Below the pieces are notes generated by a model. It was not told the origin of the DNA, ran no database searches, and saw only the letters and a program-made list of their open reading frames with translations. This document shows positions 51,060 to 54,970 of a stretch of DNA of 54,970 nucleotides, piece after piece (the stretch's first letter is position 1; each line of letters starts with the position of its first letter). A program made the translations under genes and the position numbers. This stretch comes from Gammaproteobacteria bacterium (GTDB lineage Bacteria > Pseudomonadota > Gammaproteobacteria > UBA4575), in contig JAPOQE010000163.1 of the NCBI GenBank assembly GCA_026710875.1, positions 1 through 54,970 of the forward strand. Direction: 5' to 3'.

Positions 51060-51173
51060 TGCTAGTGCTACAGCACAACCCGCTTCCCTCCCTAAGCGGG
51101 CATTTTCGACTTGGAAATTCCAACCAAGTCACGATTAGCCCCGGTTTTTCAATTTGACCGGGGCGCCTTTTTT
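51060..51173 (+). ncRNA. Candidate small RNA or structured 3' UTR (three hairpins plus intrinsic terminator)
   Basis: Hairpin 51079-51100 has a CCCGCTT/AAGCGGG stem and the loop CCCTCCCT. Hairpin 51108-51130 has a GACTTGG/CCAAGTC stem. A terminator hairpin follows at 51138-51164 with a T-run. A possible sigma70-like promoter is TTCATG-18 nt-CATAGT just upstream. The 5' end is not determined. Confidence 0.25.
51138..51173 (+). terminator. Rho-independent terminator (+ strand), overlapping the engB stop codon
   Basis: 8-bp GC-rich stem GCCCCGGT/ACCGGGGC with an 11-nt loop, followed by GCCTTTTTT. On the minus strand no U-run follows the hairpin. Confidence 0.75.
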
Positions 51174-51792
51174 AGTCCTGATCCGCTCTATACAAAGCTT
51201 GATGGACCCATGCCGAAATTTTTTCCTGAACCTGCACAATGCCGATCCGTTTCGTGGCTGAAAATATCTGTGTCCCTGCATCGAATCCACGCTGCTCCAG
51301 TTCGGAAGTGACTCGGGTCAGCGACTTGGTCATCGTATTTCTGTTGACCTTATCAACCTTTGTCAACAGGACATAAAGAGATAGCCCGTAATGCTTGCTC
51401 CAGTGGACCATGGTCCAGTCAATATCAGTCAATGGATGGCGAACATCCATCAGTAAGACCAGACCACACAATGCATGGCGCTGGACCAGATAGGACTCTG
51501 TCAGTCTTTGCCATTGGCGCTGTTTGGGAGCGGGTGCCTTGGCATAACCATAACCGGGCAGATCCACAAGTCGGATGTCACCATCCAGTTTGAAGAAATT
51601 GATCAACTGTGTGCGCCCGGGTGTCTTACTGGTGCGTGCCAGATTGTTTTGTTGACAGATGGCATTGAGCGCACTTGATTTCCCGGCATTGGAGCGGCCG
51701 CAAAATGCAATTTCTGCCCCCTTATCTTGAGGAAAATCTTGTAGGGTGCTGGCACTTTTCAAAAACCGCACTTGTTGCAAAGGCAGACTCAT
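51172..51792 (-). CDS. engB: Ribosome-biogenesis GTPase EngB (YihA)
   Basis: G1 'GRSNAGKSSALNA', G3 'DLPGYG', G4 'TKVDK'. The ATG at 51792 gives ~206 aa, the typical EngB length. polA/engB neighbourhood as in E. coli. Confidence 0.92.
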   Translation of the reverse strand: MSLPLQQVRFLKSASTLQDFPQDKGAEIAFCGRSNAGKSSALNAICQQNNLARTSKTPGRTQLINFFKLDGDIRLVDLPGYGYAKAPAPKQRQWQRLTESYLVQRHALCGLVLLMDVRHPLTDIDWTMVHWSKHYGLSLYVLLTKVDKVNRNTMTKSLTRVTSELEQRGFDAGTQIFSATKRIGIVQVQEKISAWVHQALYRADQD

Positions 51793-52048
51793 AGACACGC
51801 AATCACTGGTTTTTTTGGGAGCATTGTATATAAAAACATTTCGCAACCTTGGCCATTTGCAGTTATCCCTGTTTACAGTATGGCAACAATGGGGACTTTA
51901 AGTGAACCAATTCAGACTGAAACCGCTGCTTTAATTTGCTGCACGCCGCTTTCTTGGATGAACAGCCACCCCCAGTGAATACATCGCAATTGTCGTTGTG
52001 GATACTTTGGCGATATTATACTTCGCGTACCAAGGGGGAAAATTTGAT

Positions 52049-52861
52049 ATGATCCACGACCACGACAATCAAGACAAGAGTGTTTGGGACGTGATCCAAA
52101 TCTACCTGCATCAGCTTCTCCGTGCTCAAAACCTGATAGCGAGAGCCAGGCGCGCCAAGACATTTGATGACCAGGTATTTAATACCGAACGCCTCAAATT
52201 TGTCTCTGAAACACTGGATACGCTGAACATTGATCTTGAAAAGATGAAGCTCAGACTATCTATTAAGCAGTTGAGGTGTGTAAAGAAAAAACTCAAAAGC
52301 CTTATAGAAAACCCGCCCCAGGAAAATATAAAGATTGAGGCCATATTGCTTGGCAAGGCACTGGATGAGCTTCAGGGCCGCGTTGAAGATGAGCTTGAAA
52401 TAAGCCTGCTGTATTACTTTAATTCAAAAGAAAAGGAGAGGATTAAACAGACAGGCAAGGTGTTCGGCACCGAGGTATGGAAGAAGCTTCCTGAAGCACG
52501 CGATGAACTGAATGAGGCCGTGAGTTGCATGGGCTTTTCACGCTGGACAGCCAGCGTATGTCACATGATGCGGGCGATAGAGTGCGTGCTGCATGTGATC
52601 TCGGACAGACTTGGGGTGACGGTAAAGCCGAACTGGAATTGGGGCACCATCATCAGGGAAATAGATAAGAAGATCGAAACTATGCCTAAAGGAGATGAAA
52701 AGGATTACTGGTTTGACGTTAAGCTGCACATTCTGTGCATAAAGAACTGTAGGCTCAAATCCATGCATGTACGCGCAGGCTACATGTTCGGTCAGGAAGA
52801 TGCGGAGAAAATATATCAGGCTGTCAAAGGCTTTCTGCAAAGCCTTGCCAAAGAGATCTAG
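52049..52861 (+). CDS. Hypothetical coiled-coil protein with C-terminal DUF4145/HEPN-like domain (270 aa)
   Basis: ATG at 52049 with AGGGGGA 9 nt upstream. The N-terminal half is helical and coiled-coil. The C-terminal half reads 'ARDELNEAVSCMGFSRWTASVCHMMRAIECVLHVI ... LHILCIKNCRLKSMHV...GQEDAEKIYQAVKGFLQSL'. This is a 4-helix HEPN-like layout with an Rx4H motif (R codon 52751-52753, H codon 52766-52768). Confidence 0.6.
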   Translation: MIHDHDNQDKSVWDVIQIYLHQLLRAQNLIARARRAKTFDDQVFNTERLKFVSETLDTLNIDLEKMKLRLSIKQLRCVKKKLKSLIENPPQENIKIEAILLGKALDELQGRVEDELEISLLYYFNSKEKERIKQTGKVFGTEVWKKLPEARDELNEAVSCMGFSRWTASVCHMMRAIECVLHVISDRLGVTVKPNWNWGTIIREIDKKIETMPKGDEKDYWFDVKLHILCIKNCRLKSMHVRAGYMFGQEDAEKIYQAVKGFLQSLAKEI

Positions 52862-52998
52862 TGCTTCTTGCGCTTGGGATTTACAACCTTCTCAAATGCC
52901 TCATCTAGGGGCTGGGTATCACACCCCAGCTCCTTGGCCTTTTTGACAAAGCGCTTGTATTGCTCGGGATCCTCGGGCTTTATCTTCTTTTTCGGCAT
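52858..52998 (-). CDS. Small Lys-rich hypothetical protein (46 aa), or the C-terminal tail of the upstream membrane protein
   Basis: Translation: MPKKKIKPEDPEQYKRFVKKAKELGCDTQPLDEAFEKVVNPKRKKH. The ATG lies 19 nt inside the end of the 92-aa ORF and has no SD. Its stop overlaps the stop of the convergent 270-aa gene by 4 nt. Confidence 0.4.
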   Translation of the reverse strand: MPKKKIKPEDPEQYKRFVKKAKELGCDTQPLDEAFEKVVNPKRKKH

Positions 52999-53258
52999 GA
53001 TGGAAACGTGAACACGTAATACAGAAACCAGATAGGCGTGCCGAACAGAACCGCCAGCGTGATCAAGGTCGTGAGCGCAGATAACAGCGTCCCTTCCGCG
53101 ATCCCTTCCCAAAGCCCCATGATTATGAAGGGCGCAAACACCCACCCTGCAAACCGCCAGTTATCCCCGCGTGTAGGGGGATCGCTTGAAAGATCAAGCA
53201 TGTACCCGCCTGCGCACATGTAGGCCGCAAACAGCAGGTAAACCCAAATTGGCATCAT
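52980..53258 (-). CDS. Small hypothetical membrane protein (92 aa, 3 TM)
   Basis: Good SD (AGGAGA) 5-6 nt upstream of ATGATG. Three hydrophobic helices. Co-oriented with the MTase-HNH gene. Confidence 0.6.
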   Translation of the reverse strand: MMPIWVYLLFAAYMCAGGYMLDLSSDPPTRGDNWRFAGWVFAPFIIMGLWEGIAEGTLLSALTTLITLAVLFGTPIWFLYYVFTFPSCRKRR

Positions 53259-53294
53259 TTTTATCTCCTGTGATGCTAGAATATTACCATGAAC

Positions 53295-53310
53295 TCAAAT
53301 TTGAAATTTG
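53295..53310. promoter_or_regulatory. Palindrome / tandem heptamer (operator-like) in the 76-nt gap inside the island operon
   Basis: TCAAATTTGA is a perfect 10-nt palindrome (53295-53304) and overlaps the tandem AAATTTG AAATTTG (53297-53310). An adjacent + strand extended -10, TGcTAGAAT, lies at 53274-53282. Confidence 0.25.
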
Positions 53311-53334
53311 AACACGTACCCGCTACCAGCAAAC

Positions 53335-53640
53335 TCATGAGTCGGACGGCTTCTCGCTTGCAAGGTCTACGCGAGTATGAATTGACTCAAAGAGAAGGTT
53401 CAGCGCGTCCTGATGCGCCTTCAACAGGTGAGACAGATACTTCTCGGTATCAGGGTTCTCAACAAGCGACTGCCTGATACTCTCTCTGACATCAATCTCT
53501 AGCGTGTTTGCTGTGGTCTTGGGGTCTTCGGTCTCCAGTATGAACCATGCGCATAGCTGGGCAACCAGCAAGTTCAATACAGCAACATGAGCCACGACTT
53601 CCAGATACGCCCCTTGTGGCTCGTTTAATTCTTCTGTCAT
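53335..53640 (-). CDS. Hypothetical helical protein (101 aa) translationally linked to the MTase-HNH gene
   Basis: GGGAGGA SD 6 nt upstream of the ATG, and 11 nt after the MTase-HNH stop. No recognisable motif. Confidence 0.6.
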   Translation of the reverse strand: MTEELNEPQGAYLEVVAHVAVLNLLVAQLCAWFILETEDPKTTANTLEIDVRESIRQSLVENPDTEKYLSHLLKAHQDALNLLFESIHTRVDLASEKPSDS

Positions 53641-53651
53641 ATTTCCTCCCG

Positions 53652-54881
53652 TTATAGTTGTAGCTTGGTTTTCAGGTACTCCATGCCCCGATCACCCTTG
53701 ATGCGATTACAGTTGCTGCACAGCAGTTGCAGGTTCTCGATGTGATCCCCGCCCCCCTTGCCCTTCGCGATGATGTGATCCACCTCAAAGTGTTGAGGCT
53801 TGAAATGATCCTCGCACCCATTACAGTGTCCGCCCTGCTCTCCATACAGCTTGACCCGATTGGCCTTGCAGTTGTAGGGCGGTAGCTTGCCGAGATCCGT
53901 GCGCCTGGGTATATCCCTGCGATGGATGGCTGTGCCAAACATGGGTGTGTGATCGCCCACCTGTTTCCGTTCTCCGAGATTCACTTCCTTGTTCAACCTC
54001 TGCCCTACCAGTTCATGGGCTTTGGCACTGATGTCAATTCCAACCCATTGCCTGTTTTCAATCTCTGCCGCAACACACGTAGTGGCACACCCGCAAAATG
54101 GATCAAGTACCACGTCTCCCTCGTTACTGGATGCCCTGATAATGCGCTCCAACAAGGCCAAAGGCTTTTGGGTAGGGTAGCCAACCCGCTCTTTGGCATT
54201 CGGATTTATAATTGAAATCTCCCACCAGTCCGGGCATGGGTTTTCTGCTGGTTTTTGGGTTGCCACCTGATGCCTTCTACCCTCAATAAATACCGACTGC
54301 TGTTTTTTTCCTTTCCATCTTTTCAGGGTGCCCGGACCAACAGGCACGGTTTGGATGTTAAATACATTTGCATTTGACTTTGAGTAGAAAAGCAGCACGT
54401 CATGATTTCTCACAAATTGGCTGCTATTAGTTGCCCATTTCCTGTAGCACCAAACCACTTCATTCCTGAATGCCTTGCGCCCCCAGATCGCGTCCATTAC
54501 GAGCTTCAGGTAGTGGCTCATGGTCGGATCGCAGTGCAGGTAGATCGAGCCTGTGGGCTTGAGTATGCGGTGCATCTCCAAAAGGCGCGGGGCCATGTAC
54601 GCAAGGTAGGACTTGTCGCTGTTGGTCATCGCGGCCAGCAGGATGCGATGCAGGGCAGGATGCTTGGCCTCAATGAGATTGATCCACTCGGTGTCCACGT
54701 CGCGCAGTGTCCACGTATCCTTGAACTCGGCCCCCGCAGCTTCACTGCCGATAGGTGCCGCGTAATTGGCCTTGGAGTTAAATGGCGGGTCGAGGTAAAT
54801 CAGATCAACCGAGGCGCTATTCAGCCCCCGCATGATGGGCAGGTTATCCCCTGTCCATATGGTCTTATCAGCCCAATTCTG
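53652..54881 (-). CDS. Beta-class N6A/N4C DNA methyltransferase fused to a C-terminal HNH endonuclease; 5' end lost in homopolymer sequence
   Basis: Motif IV 'LDPPFNS' (about 54780-54791) precedes motif I 'VLDPFCGCATT' (about 54075-54110), which is the beta-class order. The C-terminal ~55 aa read 'HCNGCEDHF...EVDHIIAKGKGGGDHIENLQLLCSNCNRIKGD', giving CxxC...DH...N...CxxC, a zinc-ribbon HNH (about 53680-53830). Residues encoded beyond 54881 are a translation of a poly-G/C tract. Confidence 0.85.
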   Translation of the reverse strand, partial: QNWADKTIWTGDNLPIMRGLNSASVDLIYLDPPFNSKANYAAPIGSEAAGAEFKDTWTLRDVDTEWINLIEAKHPALHRILLAAMTNSDKSYLAYMAPRLLEMHRILKPTGSIYLHCDPTMSHYLKLVMDAIWGRKAFRNEVVWCYRKWATNSSQFVRNHDVLLFYSKSNANVFNIQTVPVGPGTLKRWKGKKQQSVFIEGRRHQVATQKPAENPCPDWWEISIINPNAKERVGYPTQKPLALLERIIRASSNEGDVVLDPFCGCATTCVAAEIENRQWVGIDISAKAHELVGQRLNKEVNLGERKQVGDHTPMFGTAIHRRDIPRRTDLGKLPPYNCKANRVKLYGEQGGHCNGCEDHFKPQHFEVDHIIAKGKGGGDHIENLQLLCSNCNRIKGDRGMEYLKTKLQL

Positions 54882-54882
54882 C

Positions 54883-54970
54883 GGGGGGGGGGGGGGGGGG
54901 GCTCCCTCCCCCCCCCCGTCCCCAAACCCAACCCCCCCCCCTCTCCACACCCTTGGTGCGGTCTCCCCCC
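54883..54970. repeat. Homopolymer / low-complexity G- then C-rich tract at the contig end (probable sequencing or assembly artefact)
   Basis: A run of 19 G (54883-54901) is followed by C-rich low-complexity sequence to the last base. It sits at the extreme end of the window. Confidence 0.8.

Noticed and set aside
51060-51173. Possibility that the candidate sRNA is a true Spot 42 (spf) homologue
   Set aside because: Only the genomic position (after polA, convergent with engB) and the ~110-nt size agree. The sequence does not match the Spot 42 sequence as I recall it, so no homology is claimed.
51880-51978. 32-codon ORF (MATMGTLSEPIQTETAALICCTPLSWMNSHPQ) in the engB-island gap, superficially like a Cys-containing RiPP precursor
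   Set aside because: There is no SD, no adjacent modification enzyme and it is a single isolated occurrence. It is more likely promoter or spacer DNA.
52984-52995. Programmed -1 ribosomal frameshift of the dnaX type at CCGAAAAAGAAG
   Set aside because: The run has only five A residues, so it is not the A_AAA_AAG heptamer, and no obvious downstream stimulatory structure was seen. An overlapping gene or an indel error is more parsimonious. It is retained as a minor alternative in the findings.
52999-53145. Upstream half of the 95-aa ORF 52858..53145 (MGVCALHNHGALGRDRGRDAV...)
   Set aside because: It overlaps the 92-aa membrane ORF out of frame. That ORF has a strong SD and coherent TM helices. 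Only the last 46 codons, from the ATG at 52998, look protein-like.
53289-53477. 62-aa + strand ORF antisense to the 101-aa gene
   Set aside because: Its Ser/Thr/Arg/Gln-rich composition looks non-protein-like and it lies entirely opposite a better-supported ORF. It is kept only as a possible marker of an antisense transcript (see the finding on 53259-53334).
54882-54950. N-terminal 23 aa of the ORF-track MTase protein (MWRGGGVGFGDGGGEGAPPPPPP)
   Set aside because: This is a translation of the terminal poly-G/poly-C tract, so it is not a credible start or a Gly/Pro-rich domain.
1-54970. Search by eye for CRISPR arrays, rRNA/tRNA genes, IS elements, integrases and long direct repeats
   Set aside because: None were recognised. 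No regularly spaced repeats and no transposase or integrase motifs other than the housekeeping xerC were seen. A computational scan (tRNAscan-SE, Infernal, ISEScan, self-dotplot) is still needed to exclude short or degenerate elements.

Overview
This 54,970-nt window looks like a whole metagenomic-style contig from a gammaproteobacterium, and its right end degenerates into a poly-G/poly-C run. About 90% is housekeeping DNA with strong E. coli/Pseudomonas-like synteny. In order: pstC(5' partial)-pstA-pstB-phoU; gmk-rpoZ-spoT-ridA-recG; a 10-gene Mrp/Mnh-like antiporter cluster on the minus strand directly downstream of hemC-hemD-hemX-hemY; argH; an esterase; lptM-lysA-(SAM methyltransferase)-dapF-DUF484-xerC; hslVU; DUF971; ubiE-ubiJ-ubiB; uvrD; a TRAP transporter; thrB; polA; engB. 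I recognised no rRNA, tRNA, CRISPR array, transposase or integrase by eye. Three regions are not ordinary core. (1) The Mrp-like cluster at 13.2-20.5 kb has three antiporter-like subunits, a split MrpA and an extra 84-aa membrane protein. (2) An apparently Fur-regulated porin/imelysin/di-haem (DUF1111) cluster lies between polA and engB. It is followed by a strongly structured 300-nt intergenic region ending in a clean + strand terminator, which is an sRNA candidate. (3) The best candidate for something new is the terminal, more AT-rich 3-kb island (51.85-54.97 kb). It encodes a beta-class DPPF DNA methyltransferase fused to a C-terminal zinc-ribbon HNH nuclease. Three small unknown genes follow on the same strand (101-aa helical, 92-aa 3-TM membrane, 46-aa Lys-rich). 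A convergent 270-aa coiled-coil protein has a C-terminal half that looks like a DUF4145/HEPN domain with an Rx4H motif. The island is cut by the contig end, so the system is probably incomplete. All family assignments come from motifs read in the translated ORFs; no database search was possible.
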